This document shows positions 1 to 10,914 of a stretch of 64,000 nt of DNA, one piece after another (position 1 is the stretch's first letter; each line of letters begins with the position of its first letter). This stretch comes from an uncultured Chloroflexia bacterium (lineage in GTDB: Bacteria > Chloroflexota > Limnocylindria > Limnocylindrales > CSP1-4): NCBI GenBank assembly GCA_963721765.1, contig CAVRJP010000001.1, forward strand, positions 1,445,145 through 1,509,144. Reading direction: 5' to 3'. Below the pieces are notes generated by a model that had not been told where the DNA came from, made no database searches, and saw only the letters and a list, made by a program, of their open reading frames with translations. A program made the translations under genes and the position numbers.

Positions 1-1047
1 TCAGGTTGTGGAGGGTCGCCAGCCGGTAGCCGAGAAGCTCCTTCGCGCGGAACAGGTGCGCGACATAGGCCCTCGAGAACCGCCGGCAGGCGAGACACGC
101 GCAGTCCTCCTGGATCGGGCCGGCCTCGTCCAGCAGGAACGCCTTGCGCATATCCAGCCGGCCGCCTGGGATCCAAACCTGGCCGGTCCGGGCGACCCGG
201 GATGGGAGCACGGAATCGAACAGGTCGATGCCCTGGTCGACAGCGTCCAGCAGGTCCGCCGGCGACCCGAGGCCCATGAGGTAGCGCGGCCGCGGATCAT
301 CCGCGAGCAGGTCGACGACCGTATCGATCGCCTCGCGCCGCTGCGCCGGCGTCTCGTCGCCCGCGAGGCCGCCGATGTTCAGGCCGTCGAACGGCAAGCC
401 GGCGATGACCTCGGTCGAACGCGCGCGAAGGTCGGGCTCGAGCCCGCCCTGGATCACGCCGAACAGCGCCTGGTCCGACGCGGCGGTGGGCGGCCAGCGA
501 GCGTTCGGCCCAGCGATGCGTCCGGTCGGTCGCGTCGATCGACGACCTTCCGATCCGACGAGGGGTACACGGGGTGGTCGAACGCGACTGCCACGTCGGC
601 GCCCAGTGCCTCCTGGATCGCGATCGCGGACTCAGGTGTGAGCCGGTGGGTGGAGCCGTCGATGTGGCTGCGGAAGGTCGCGCCGTCGTCGTCGATCTTG
701 CGCCAGTCGGCGAGCGAGACGACCTGGAAGCCGCCCGAGTCGGTGAGGATCGGCCGATCCCAGGCCATGAACCGATGCAGCCCGCCGAGCCGCTCGATGC
801 GCTCGTGTCCCGGGCGCAGGTACAGGTGGTAGGTGTTCGCGAGCACGATCGTCGCGCCCGTCGCCTCGATGTCGTCCGGGTCGAGCGCCTTGACCGTCGC
901 GTTCGTGCCGACCGGCATGAACTGGGGCGTCTCGACGACCCCGTGGGGCAGCGTGAGGCGACCAAGCCGGGCACGCGTCGGTGCGTCGCGCGGCGTTGGC
1001 TGGAGGATCTCGAACGACGCCGGGCGCGCGGGTGCGACGGCGATCAC
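1..1047 (-). CDS. tgt: tRNA-guanine transglycosylase (partial at left edge, frameshifted)
   Basis: [40 protein letters not shown] motifs; frame breaks near 520-470; GTG start overlaps ruvB stop (GTGA). Confidence 0.92.
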
Positions 1048-2129
1048 GAGCCCCCGATGCTGTGGCTCGGCTCCTCCCACAGCGGGAGCACCTCGGGCTC
1101 GGCGCGCCGCGGTGGCGGGATCTCGTAGCCGAGGCTCGCGAGGTGCGCTCGCGCGGCTTCCGTCGCGATGCGGCCCTGCGGCGTTCGATCGAGGAAGCCG
1201 AGCCTGAGCAGGTACGGCTCGTAGACGTCCTCGATCGTCTCGATCTCCTCCGACAGCACGGCGGCGAGGGCCGCAACTCCGACGGGGCCCGAGGCGAACT
1301 TCTGGACGATCGCGGCGAGCAGCTTTCGGTCGGTCGAGTCGAGGCCGGCGTCGTCGATCTCGAGGAGGCGCATGGCTTCGACGGCGGCCGGCTCGTCCAC
1401 GGTCCCCGTGCCGATGACCTCGGAGTGATCGCGGACTCGCTTGAGGAGGCGATTCACGATCCGGGGCGTGCCCCGGCCCCGCCTCGCGATGGCCACCGCC
1501 GCATCGTGATTGATCTCGATGGCGAGAATCCTCGCCGACCGCTCGACGATCTCCGTCAGCTCGGCCTCCTCGTAGAAGTCGAGCCGGTACGTTGCCCCGA
1601 ACCGGTCACGAAGGGGTGAGGAAATGCGGCCGGCCCTGGTTGTTGCGCCGACGACCGTGAACGGCTTGAGGCTCAGCCGGAGGCTTCGCGCGCTCGGCCC
1701 CTTGCCGATCATCACGTCGAGCGCGTAGTCCTCCATCGCCGGGTAGAGGATCTCCTCGACCGCGCGGTTGAGCCGGTGGATCTCGTCGATGAACAGGACG
1801 TCGCGCTCCTCGAGGCTCGTCAGGACCGCGGCGAGGTCACCCGGCCGCTCGACCGCCGGGCCAGATGTGTATCGGACGTTCACGCCGAGCTCGCGGGCGA
1901 TGATCGTCGCGAGCGTCGTCTTGCCGAGTCCGGGCGGGCCATAGAGCAGGACGTGGTCCGCCGCCTCTCCCCTCGCCCGCGCCGCGGTCAGCAGGATCGA
2001 GAGGTTCGCCTTGACCTCGCGCTGCCCGATGTACTCGTCGAGATTCCGCGGCCGCAGCGAGCTCTCGACGACGACATCCGCGTCGTGGAGGTCCGCCGCC
2101 AGGATCCGCTGGGCGTCGTCAACCATCAT
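1044..2129 (-). CDS. ruvB: Holliday junction branch migration helicase RuvB
   Basis: [49 protein letters not shown]. Confidence 0.97.
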   Translation of the reverse strand: MMVDDAQRILAADLHDADVVVESSLRPRNLDEYIGQREVKANLSILLTAARARGEAADHVLLYGPPGLGKTTLATIIARELGVNVRYTSGPAVERPGDLAAVLTSLEERDVLFIDEIHRLNRAVEEILYPAMEDYALDVMIGKGPSARSLRLSLKPFTVVGATTRAGRISSPLRDRFGATYRLDFYEEAELTEIVERSARILAIEINHDAAVAIARRGRGTPRIVNRLLKRVRDHSEVIGTGTVDEPAAVEAMRLLEIDDAGLDSTDRKLLAAIVQKFASGPVGVAALAAVLSEEIETIEDVYEPYLLRLGFLDRTPQGRIATEAARAHLASLGYEIPPPRRAEPEVLPLWEEPSHSIGGS

Positions 2130-2133
2130 TCTG

Positions 2134-2142
2134 ATTCTACCA
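2134..2142 (-). promoter_or_regulatory. extended -10 promoter for probably leaderless ruvB
   Basis: TGG-TAGAAT 7 nt before ATG at 2126; no Shine-Dalgarno. Confidence 0.55.
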
Positions 2143-2196
2143 GTCCGCACGCGGTTTCGTACAGATGTTCTATCTCGATCGGCCTACGGTTTCGAC

Positions 2197-2436
2197 GTGA
2201 CCGTGGTTGCCTGGGCGGTGACCGCCCTTGTGCTCGTTGGCGTTGGGATTCGCCTCGTTACGTGGCGTCGCTATGTCGATGCGTACGCCAGGCGATACTC
2301 CAGCGCTCCGCCGCGCGGTTGGCTCTGGACGTCAGACAAGGACGCAGAGGTCGAGCGACTGCGGCGAATCATGGCTTTTGGTTCAGTCCTGGCGATTGCC
2401 GGGCTGATCCTTCTCGTGGTCGACAGGTTCACGTGA
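2197..2436 (+). CDS. small two-TM membrane protein, paralog of 3552..3803
   Basis: two hydrophobic segments around RRYVDAYARRYSSAPPRGWLWTSDKDAEVERLR; GTG start inferred. Confidence 0.6.
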   Translation: MTVVAWAVTALVLVGVGIRLVTWRRYVDAYARRYSSAPPRGWLWTSDKDAEVERLRRIMAFGSVLAIAGLILLVVDRFT

Positions 2437-2750
2437 GCGTCGCTCGCAGCGGCGGCGAATGCTTGTGCGGATCAAGACCCAGCAGAACGGGACCCACCCG
2501 TCGAGCCCAAGCCGCAGCCCAAGCCGTCCGTGCGAATTGAGGCTCGGGCCAACCTGGACGCGTCCCTATCGTCCCCAGAATTGTCCCGACCGTATGAGGT
2601 CGCTATAGGCGGACAGGCAGCCCCTGCTTGTCGTGTCCGGATCGTTCCAGGAACTGACCCACGCTCGATCGGTCCGATAAGCCGCGATCGGGTCAGCGGT
2701 GATCCGAAGCTAAGCGCCAGCAAAGGGCCCTTGGCAATTCTGTAGGCGAT

Positions 2751-3500
2751 ATGTCGAGGCGTAGGCAGCCTGAGCTCCGGGCCGAAGCGGCTCGACGCAA
2801 CCAGGAGGGCCTCGCCTGGCTCGGCGGCGAGCTTCGCCGGTCGAGACTTCGTCGACGCATGACCCAGGCCGAGCTCGCGAGCATCGTCGGCCTGACGCAG
2901 TCGACGATCAGCGTGATGGAGCGCGGTCGAGGCGGGAGCTTTTCGCTGGACCTTTGGCAGAGGGCCTTCACCGCTGTCGACCGGCACCTCCGGTTCGAGC
3001 CGACACGAGATGCGGTCGACGATGTCGCCGACGCCGCGCATCTCATGATCCAGAACCTGATCCTGCGGCTCGGTCGACAGAACGGCTACGCAGGAACCTT
3101 TGAGCTCCCGTCGAAGCCGGCCGACCCGAACCGTTCCACCGACGTCGGACTCCGCGACGATCGCCGCCGCATCCTGATTCTCGCGGAGTGCTGGAACACC
3201 TTCGGCGACATCGGTGCGAGTGCCAGATCGACGAATCGCAAGCTCGCGGAGGCCGATGCCTTCGCCGCGTACGCCTGGGGCGAGGAGCCATACCGGGTCG
3301 CAAGCGTCTGGGTCGTACGCACGACTCGTCGAAATCGTGAGCTCGTGGCGAGATATGGAGACGTGTTCGCGGCGAGGTTCCCGGGATCGTCTGCCCGATG
3401 GGTCGCGTCGCTCGCCGCCGGAGCGGATCCGCCCGTCCAGCCCGGACTCGTGTGGTGTGACGTCCGCGGGACGAGGCTGTTCGCGTGGCGCCGACGCTGA
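2751..3500 (+). CDS. XRE-family HTH protein with C-terminal PD-(D/E)xK-like domain
   Basis: LRRSRLRRRMTQAELASIVGLTQSTISVMERG HTH; STDVGL...ILILAECWN beta-strand D...E pattern. Confidence 0.75.
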   Translation: MSRRRQPELRAEAARRNQEGLAWLGGELRRSRLRRRMTQAELASIVGLTQSTISVMERGRGGSFSLDLWQRAFTAVDRHLRFEPTRDAVDDVADAAHLMIQNLILRLGRQNGYAGTFELPSKPADPNRSTDVGLRDDRRRILILAECWNTFGDIGASARSTNRKLAEADAFAAYAWGEEPYRVASVWVVRTTRRNRELVARYGDVFAARFPGSSARWVASLAAGADPPVQPGLVWCDVRGTRLFAWRRR

Positions 3501-3551
3501 GCGTCAGCCCGCGAGGAACGCTCGCGACGCGGCGACAAATCGAAGCGACGA

Positions 3552-3803
3552 ATGAGGCACGATCTCCGCGTGAACCAAATTGGACTCCTCGCCCTCGCGG
3601 TTCTCACTGTGGCGAGCGTCGCGCTGTGGGTGGCCGGACAGCGATTTACGCGTCGTTACGTCACCTTGCATCGTGCGCGGCCGCCACTGACCTGGATGTT
3701 CCGCAAGACGGACGACCCCGAGCTCGAGCGCTCTCGTCTCGCTGCCCTGGTCATCCTCCCGATCGACCTGATCGCCCTCGCGGCCTATCTGTTCCGACCC
3801 TGA
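3552..3803 (+). CDS. small two-TM membrane protein
   Basis: two TM segments around QRFTRRYVTLHRARPPLTWMFRKTDDPELERSR; start may be GTG 3570. Confidence 0.6.
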   Translation: MRHDLRVNQIGLLALAVLTVASVALWVAGQRFTRRYVTLHRARPPLTWMFRKTDDPELERSRLAALVILPIDLIALAAYLFRP

Positions 3804-3842
3804 ACGTTCCCGTCGATCGCGGCCGCCGCGAGGTCCCCTGCC

Positions 3843-4703
3843 CTAGCCCTTGATGGCTCCGCTCAGCCCGGCGCCGTTCAGGAACAGGCGCTGGAACAGC
3901 AGGAACAGCAGGATCGGGATAAGGCTCGAGATGGCGAGCGCGGCAATGAACACGCCGAGGTCGGTCGACACCTGGAGCGTGGGCAGGCGCACCGACAGCG
4001 GCTGGAGGTTCGGGTTTCGGATCACCAGGAACGGCCAGAGGTAGTCCTTCCAGGTCGCCGTGATCGCGAAGACCGAGACGACCCCGAGGATCGGGCGCGA
4101 CAGCGGGAGCACGATCGACCAGAAGAGCCGCAGCGGCCCGGCGCCATCGACCCTGGCGGCCTCGAAGATCTCGCGCGGCAGGTTGTCGAAGAAGCGCTTG
4201 ACGAGAATCACGTTCACCGCACTCGCGCCGGCGGGCAGCCAGATCGCCCAGTACGAGTCGATCAGCCCCTTCGGCCCGAGCGGGACCTGGACCACCGTCA
4301 GGTACAACGGCACGAGCAGCACGATCGGGGGCACGAACAGGGTCGCGACGATCAGTCCGGTGAGCAGCCCGCCGAGGCGTGGCCGCAGGACCGAGAGCGC
4401 ATACCCGCCCGTCGTCGCGACGAGGAGCTGGATCGCCCAGGAGCCGGCCGCGATGACGACCGTGTTGAGCAGGTACCGGTCGATATGCGTCCTCGACCAG
4501 GCGACGACCAGCTGGCCGAGGTCGATTCCATTCGGCCAAAGCGCCATCGGGAACCGGAGGGTGTCCTGGGTCGGCGTGACGGCGGCCTTGGCCATCCACA
4601 GGATCGGCCCCAGCCCGACGACGAGCAGGAACACGAGGACGCCGCCCTGCAGCGTGAGCATCGACCAGCGAGCCCGACCGCGGCGCCAGTCGGTCGGCGC
4701 CAT
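3843..4703 (-). CDS. carbohydrate ABC transporter permease (MalG-like)
   Basis: EIFEAARVDGAG EAA loop, multiple TM segments. Confidence 0.93.
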   Translation of the reverse strand: MAPTDWRRGRARWSMLTLQGGVLVFLLVVGLGPILWMAKAAVTPTQDTLRFPMALWPNGIDLGQLVVAWSRTHIDRYLLNTVVIAAGSWAIQLLVATTGGYALSVLRPRLGGLLTGLIVATLFVPPIVLLVPLYLTVVQVPLGPKGLIDSYWAIWLPAGASAVNVILVKRFFDNLPREIFEAARVDGAGPLRLFWSIVLPLSRPILGVVSVFAITATWKDYLWPFLVIRNPNLQPLSVRLPTLQVSTDLGVFIAALAISSLIPILLFLLFQRLFLNGAGLSGAIKG

Positions 4704-4754
4704 GATCCCGCGCTCGATGGCGGAGCTCCGCGGGTCCGCGGCGCCGCCGGCTGA

Positions 4755-5709
4755 TCACGAGGACGTGCTCCAGCCTCGCGTCAGCCGGTAGTAGCCGGCG
4801 GTGAAGAGCGCGAGGAACACGGCGAGCATGAGGCTCAGGGCCGCGGCCATGCCGTAGTCGCCGCCGAGGCTGTTCTGAAACGCGTAGCGGTAGATCAGGA
4901 GCAGGACGGTAAGGGTCGAGTTGTTCGGGCCGCCGCTCGTGAAGAGCAGCGGCTCCGTGAACAGCTGGGCCGTTGCGAGCAGCTGCAGGATGAGCGTCAC
5001 GAGCAGCACGGATCGGAGCTGCGGAAGCGTGACGTGGACGACCTTCTGCCAGATCGAGGCGCCGTCCACGTCGGCCGCGTCATACAGCTCGCGCGGGACG
5101 GCGATGAGCGCAGCGAGATAGATGATCACGGTCGCGCCGGCGTTTGCCCAGGTCGCCTCGATCACGATGGAGGGCATCGCCGTCGCCGCGCTCTGGAGCC
5201 ACGGCAACGGGTCCACCCCGACCCAGCCGAGGATCGTGTTGAACACGCCCCGCGGCGATGCGTCGTAGAAGAAGCGCCACAGCAGCACGGAGACCACGGG
5301 TGGGATGACGACGGGCAGGTAGGCCAGGGCCGAGTACAGGCCGCGGCCCCGCCTGACCTCGCTCATCACGACGGCGAGAACGATCGGAATCGGGAAGCCA
5401 AAGATCAGGGCGAGGAACGCAAACCAGGTCGTGTTGGTAACGGCGATGCCGAATTGCGGATCGGCGATGACCCGGGCGAAGTTCTCGAGTCCGATGAACG
5501 TCGGCGCCGAGACCGAGATTCGTCTCCTGAACGCTCATGACGAGCGCCCGGATGATCGGGAACCACGCGAAGAGCCCGAAGATGAGCAGGAGCGGCAGCA
5601 GGAAGGCGAAGGTGCCGAGGCCGTCGCGCGTCAGCCGGAAGTGCGACCCGGATCGCCGTCGGCGGGTCGTCGTCTCGGTGGCTGGAACTGCCTCGCTCAA
5701 CGCGCCCAT
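4755..5709 (-). CDS. carbohydrate ABC transporter permease (MalF-like), frameshifted near 5500
   Basis: N-part in ORF 5080..5709 (FLLPLLLIFGLFAWFP), C-part in 4755..5369 with ELYDAADVDGAS. Confidence 0.9.
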
Positions 5710-5792
5710 TCCACCTCATCGCGATCCGCGCTGGATCCAGCTCGCCCTCGAATGGGCGCACACCGATCATGGCCAGCGGGTCCAGGAACGAT

Positions 5793-5819
5793 ACGGGCCC
5801 CGGCGGAGCCGGGGCCCGT
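5793..5819 (-). terminator. GC-rich hairpin after the solute-binding protein gene (terminator or stabilizer)
   Basis: acgggccccggc-gga-gccggggcccgt, 12-bp perfect stem. Confidence 0.55.
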
Positions 5820-5838
5820 CGTCTTGAGGAGCCTGCGA

Positions 5839-7269
5839 TCAGCCCTCGTCGAGGATCGCCTGGACCTGCGCGTTGGCTTGATCGAGCAACGCGCCGATGC
5901 TGGCGTTCTGGTCGGTGAGGACGGCCTGCACGACGGGATCGAGGGCCGCGTACAGCTTCTGGGTTTCGACCGTCGGCTCGGTGACGATCGGCTGGTCGAA
6001 GATCTTCGACGTGAACGGCGTCATCTGCTCGGTGGGGACGTTGATGTACTCCTTGATCCACTCTTGGGAAGCGTCGTATGTTGCCTTGTCGAAGATCGGC
6101 AGCGACGGGACCCCGACCGGCTGATTGTTGGCCTTGAGGGCCTGTGCGTCGGCCACTGCACCCTCCTGGGTGAGGAGCTTCTGCAGGTAGTACCAGTCGA
6201 TCCACGCCACGGCGGCGTCGCGCTCCGCCTCGGTGGTGTTGGTCTTGACCGCGGCGAGTGTCCCGCCACCGAGGACGCCGGCATCGGGGCCCTCCAACGG
6301 GATCACCGAGACGCCGTAGTCCTCGGGCTTGAGGCTGTTGTTCTGGACCATGTTGGTGTACAGGTCGGAGCCGCCGGTGAACATCCCGATCTGGCCGGAG
6401 GCGAAGGCCTGGTTGATCGTGCCCCAGGCATAGTCGAAGGTCGAGCCCATCGAGTTGTCCTCCCAGCGCATCGCCTTGAGGCGCTCGAGGGCAGCCTTCG
6501 TCTGGGCGTTGTTGAGGGTCGCGGTCACCTTGCCGTCGTCCCCGATCGTCTGCATTCGGCCGCCCAGGGCGTAGGTCGCCGTCGTCAGCTGCCAGCCGCC
6601 GGTGTTCTCGGTGGCCATCTCCGCGAAGCCGGCGACGCCGGTCTTCTCGGCGATCGCCTTCGCCGCGGTGCGGACCTCGTCCCAGGTCGCGGGGGGCTGG
6701 TCTGGATCAAGCCCGGCCTGCGTGAACAGGGTTCGGTTGTAGGTCAGGGACATCCCATAGGCGGCGATGGGCACCGCCGAGATCGCGCCGTCCGCGCTCT
6801 GTCCGTTGACGAGGACGTTCGGGTTGAACCTGTCGGCGTAGCCAAGCGCGCGGACGCGCGAGTCGATGTTGACGATCTGGTCCTGGGCGATGAGCCCCTT
6901 GCCATCGGTGAAGGGGATCGTGAAGACGTCGGGCAGCGTGCCCGCCGCGAGCGCCGCGGTGAACGTGGGCGCCGTCCAGTTGTACTCCTCGGGCTCGACG
7001 GTGATCCACGGGTACTTCGCCTGGAACTGCTCGATCTGCAGGTACAGCGCGTCGACCGCTGCCTGCGTGGCACCCGGCCGGAGCACGCCCACCGTGATGG
7101 TGACCGGCTCCTGCGCGGCCGCCGTTGGTCCCGCGGTCGCGGGCTGGCCCGTGCTCGGGGCCGAGGCCGGCGGGGTCGCCGCGGGATTGCACGCCCCGAT
7201 GATCGCGACAAGGACCAGGGCGAACGCCGTGGTCATCACCGGTGGCCTTGCTTGTCTCCTCCACATCAC
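5839..7269 (-). CDS. sugar ABC transporter substrate-binding lipoprotein
   Basis: lipobox IIGAC, Pro/Ala/Thr linker, YNRTLFTQAGLDP..PPATWDE family-1 SBP motif. Confidence 0.93.
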   Translation of the reverse strand: MMWRRQARPPVMTTAFALVLVAIIGACNPAATPPASAPSTGQPATAGPTAAAQEPVTITVGVLRPGATQAAVDALYLQIEQFQAKYPWITVEPEEYNWTAPTFTAALAAGTLPDVFTIPFTDGKGLIAQDQIVNIDSRVRALGYADRFNPNVLVNGQSADGAISAVPIAAYGMSLTYNRTLFTQAGLDPDQPPATWDEVRTAAKAIAEKTGVAGFAEMATENTGGWQLTTATYALGGRMQTIGDDGKVTATLNNAQTKAALERLKAMRWEDNSMGSTFDYAWGTINQAFASGQIGMFTGGSDLYTNMVQNNSLKPEDYGVSVIPLEGPDAGVLGGGTLAAVKTNTTEAERDAAVAWIDWYYLQKLLTQEGAVADAQALKANNQPVGVPSLPIFDKATYDASQEWIKEYINVPTEQMTPFTSKIFDQPIVTEPTVETQKLYAALDPVVQAVLTDQNASIGALLDQANAQVQAILDEG

Positions 7270-7368
7270 GTTCTCTCCTCTCGCGTTGCCAATGGTGCTC
7301 CTTGCAATTCGGGATCGGTCGCTCGGGAGCTGGTCGTCATGCCATGCGCACCTCTCCCGTCACCCGGT

Positions 7369-9084
7369 TCACGAGTCGCTCCCGGGCGTCGTGCGCAGCC
7401 GCCACCAGCCGGTGGCATCGGTTGGCAGGCGTCCGTCGCGCAGGTCGTGGCTTGCTAACAGCAGCTCGCCGCCATCCGGCGCGGGCTCGTCCCGACCGCC
7501 GAAGTTCGTGATCGAGATGAACCCGGCGCCGCGACGGAAGGCGAGCACGTCGCTTCGGGACGGGAGCCAGGCGAACGCCTCGCCCGCCAGATCCGGATCG
7601 GTTCGTCGGATCGCGAGTGCGCGCCGGTACAGGGCCAGCATCGAACCGCCGTCTGCGCTCTGCGCCTCGACCGTGCGTGCGGCCCAGCGGTCCGGCTGCG
7701 GCAGCCACGGCTCGGCAGCGCCCTTCGGCGGGCTGAAACCGAAGGGCGGTGTCACCCCCGACCAGGGCAGCGGGACGCGACAGCCATCACGTCCTGGATC
7801 GACACCACCCGACCGGGCGACCATCGGATCCTGGAGGCGATCCGGAGGCAGGTCCTCGACCTCGTCGAGCCCGAGCTCATCGCCCTGGTAGATATAGAGG
7901 GAGCCCGGGAGCGCCGCCGCGAGGAGGGCCGCGGCCCGCGCCCGGTGCCGGCCAAGGTCGAGGTCCGTCATGGTCCCGCGACGCTTGGCCGTGAAGCTGA
8001 AGGATGAGTCTCGGCGGCCGTAGCGAGTCACGGGCCGCGTCACGTCGTGGTTCGAGAGGAGCCAGGTGGCAGGCGCGTTCACCGGGGCATGCGCAGCCCG
8101 CACCTGGTCGATGGACGTGCGAAGCTCGGACGCCGCCCAGGGCCGTGCAAGGAAATCGAAGTTGAAGGCCGTGTGGAGCTCGTCCGGGCGCAGGTACCGC
8201 ACGAACCGATCGATGTCGGCGAGCCAGACCTCGCCGACGAGTGCCTTCGGATCTGCGTACTCGTCCGCTACTGCCCGCCAGCTTCGATAGATGTCGTGGA
8301 TCTCATCGCGATCCACGTTCGGGTGATCGCCCGGCCCCGGCTCGTCGGGGACCTCGGGCAGGTCCGCGTCCTTGACGAGCAGGGCGGCTGAGTCGATGCG
8401 GATGCCGGCCGCACCGCGGTCGAACCAGAAGCGGAGGACGTCCTCGAACTCGCGACGGACATCGGGGTGGTTCCAGTTGAGGTCCGGCTGGTCCTCCGAG
8501 AAGAGGTGGAGGTACCACTCGGCGGGCTGGCCGTCGGCGGCCGACGGTGCGTGTCCACGTCGTGCCCGCCGAAGTTCGACACCCAGTCCGTCGGCATGAG
8601 CTGCCCGTCCTCCCCTCGACCGGGGCGGAACCAGAAGCGCGATCGCTCCGGTGATCCGGGCGTGAATCGAGCGCCGCGCGGAACCAGGGATGCTCGCTGG
8701 ACACGTGGTTGGGCACGACGTCGACGATCGTCCTGATGCCATGGGATCGCGGCCTCGGCAATCAGCGCCTCCGCCTCGGCGAGGGTGCCGAACGCCGGAT
8801 CGATCGAGCGGTAGTCCGCGACGTCGTAGCCGCCATCCGCGAGGGGCGAGGCGTACCAGGGCGTGAACCAGACGGCGTCGACGCCCAGGTCGCGCAGGTA
8901 GGGCAACCGAGATCGGACGCCCGCAAGGTCGCCGGTGCCGTCGCCATTCGCGTCCGCAAAGCTGCGGACGTAGACCTCGTAGATCACGGCGCGTCGCCAC
9001 CAACGTGGATCGGCGGCTCGGGCAAGGCTGGGGCGCGTCCGACGGACGGGCGCCGCCGAGATCTGCACGCTCGACAGCGGTCAC
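7369..9084 (-). CDS. GH13 alpha-glucosidase, frameshifted
   Basis: WWRRAVIYEVYVRSFADANGDGTGDL, DVVPNH, QPDLNW, GIRIDSA, SNHD, YQGDELGL, RDGCRVPLPW spread over several frames. Confidence 0.9.
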   Translation of the reverse strand: MTAVERADLGGARPSDAPQPCPSRRSTLVATRRDLRGLRPQLCGREWRRHRRPCGRPISVALPARPGRRRRLVHALVRLAPRGWRLRRRGLPLDRSGVRHPRRGGGADCRGRDPMASGRSSTSCPTTCPASIPGSARRSIHARITGAIALLVPPRSRGGRAAHADGLGVELRRARRGHAPSAADGQPAEWYLHLFSEDQPDLNWNHPDVRREFEDVLRFWFDRGAAGIRIDSAALLVKDADLPEVPDEPGPGDHPNVDRDEIHDIYRSWRAVADEYADPKALVGEVWLADIDRFVRYLRPDELHTAFNFDFLARPWAASELRTSIDQVRAAHAPVNAPATWLLSNHDVTRPVTRYGRRDSSFSFTAKRRGTMTDLDLGRHRARAAALLAAALPGSLYIYQGDELGLDEVEDLPPDRLQDPMVARSGGVDPGRDGCRVPLPWSGVTPPFGFSPPKGAAEPWLPQPDRWAARTVEAQSADGGSMLALYRRALAIRRTDPDLAGEAFAWLPSRSDVLAFRRGAGFISITNFGGRDEPAPDGGELLLASHDLRDGRLPTDATGWWRLRTTPGSDS

Positions 9085-9229
9085 GTGTGGCCTCGTTACG
9101 GTCCTGCGGGCTCGCCGCTCCACCGGCAAGTCGCGGTGCGCAACGTAACAGACCAGACAAAAAGATGCAAGAACTTTACAAGTTCGGGATCGCCCCCACG
9201 CGCCCGCCCTCGCCGTGGGATGGGCAGGG

Positions 9230-10238
9230 TCAGGCGGGAGCTGGCCCCGTCGAGGAACGGACGACGAGCTCGGGCTCGAACAGCATCTCGTCGTGCGTGA
9301 CCGCCGCGCCGGCGATCTGGGCGGTCAGCAGCTCGATCACCAGGCGACCCATCGCGTCGATCGGCTGGCGCACGGTGGTCAGCGGCGGGTCGACGCTGCT
9401 CATCAGCGCCGAGTCGTCGAACCCGATGACGGACACGTCGCCCGGCACGCTCAGCCCGGCGCGGCGGACAGCCCGGATGGCGCCGAGGGCCATGGGATCG
9501 CTCGCCGCCACGATCCCGGTCACGCCGGCGCGGATCAGTCGTGTGGCAGAAGCCTGTGCCGCCTCGAGGGAGTACAGCGAGTGGGCGATTCGATCCGGCC
9601 CGATCGGCGAAGCCCGCCGCGGCCGCAACCCGCAGCGCCGCTGCGAGCTTCCGCCGTGACGGAACGTGGTCGGGTGGGCCAAGCAGGAGCCCGATCCGCG
9701 TATGGCCGAGCGACAGGAGATGCTGGACCGCCTGTTCGGCGGCGCTGGCATCGTCACAGGACACCGTGGCAAATCCGAGGCCATCGATCGGTGCGTTGAC
9801 GAGGACGGTCGGCAGCTTGCGGGCGGTCAACCGGCGGTAATGGTCGTGCGGCGCGTCGGCCTGGGTATAGAGCCCTCCGGCGAACACGACGCCCGAGACC
9901 TGCTGCTGGAGGAGCAGGTCGACGTAGTCGGCTTCGGTGACTCCGCCGGCTGTCTGGGTGCACAGCACGGGCGTGAATCCCTGCTGCGCGAGCGCACTGC
10001 TCACGACCTCGGCGAACGCCGGAAAGATGGGGTTCTGGAGCTCCGGGAGGACGAGGCCCACGAGGCGGGCGCGCTCGCCGCGGAGCTTCGTCGGCCGCTC
10101 GTAGCCCAGGACGTCGAGGGCCGTGAGGATCCGCTGGCGCGTTGCATCCGAGACGCCGGGCTTCTCGTTCAGGACGCGACTGACGGTCGCCTCGGACACG
10201 CCAACCTTCTTCGCCACGTCCGCAAGTCGTCCCGTCAT
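9230..10238 (-). CDS. LacI-family transcriptional regulator, frameshifted near 9610
   Basis: LADVAKKVGVSEATVSRVLN HTH; C-terminal VSVIGFDD..PPLTTVRQP in ORF 9230..9784. Confidence 0.92.
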
Positions 10239-10320
10239 GCGCACATTCTATGCAACATTGCGCAAGAAGTTGCAAGCCCTCACCGAGTCTGCCCGCCATA
10301 CCCGGCCGCGCCGTGGCCCG

Positions 10321-10914
10321 CTAGTCGCGAGCGAGCACCCGCAGCGCAGCCTTGACCCGATCCTCGAGCGAGGCGCCGACGCCGGCCATGCCGATGGCGA
10401 CGCGCGAAGCCTCACGTGCCTCGGGCAGCGAGTAGCCGAGGGCCTGGAGCGCGCCGACGACATCGCCTTCGCCGCCACCGGCCTGGCCCAGGATCGAGAT
10501 CGCGGCCACACCTGCCGCCGCGACCTTCTCCTTCAGCTCGAAGATGACGCGCTCGGCGAGCTTCTTGCCGATCCCCGGGATCGAGACGAGCACGGCCTGG
10601 TCCTGCTGCATGATCGCGAGCTGGAGCTCCGCGGTGGGGCGCGAGCCGACGATCGCCATCGCGACCTTCGGGCCCACGCCGGTTACCGTCAGCAAGAGCC
10701 CGAAGAACCCGAGCTCCTCCACCGAGCGGAACCCGTACAGGGCCTGCAGGTCCTCGCGGACGACGTGGTGGGTGAACAGCTTGAGCTGGCCGCCCGCGGC
10801 AGCGGTTGCGAGCACCGACGGGGACACGTAGACGCGATAGCCGACGCCGCCGACCTCGAGGATCACGGAGTCGAGCGCCACCGCTGCGACCTGGCCCGCG
10901 AGCGAGGCGATCAC
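10321..10914 (-). CDS. ruvA: Holliday junction DNA-binding subunit RuvA
   Basis: MIASLAG, VGGVGY, VREDLQALYGF, GVGPK, PGIGKK. Confidence 0.96.
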   Translation of the reverse strand: MIASLAGQVAAVALDSVILEVGGVGYRVYVSPSVLATAAAGGQLKLFTHHVVREDLQALYGFRSVEELGFFGLLLTVTGVGPKVAMAIVGSRPTAELQLAIMQQDQAVLVSIPGIGKKLAERVIFELKEKVAAAGVAAISILGQAGGGEGDVVGALQALGYSLPEAREASRVAIGMAGVGASLEDRVKAALRVLARD

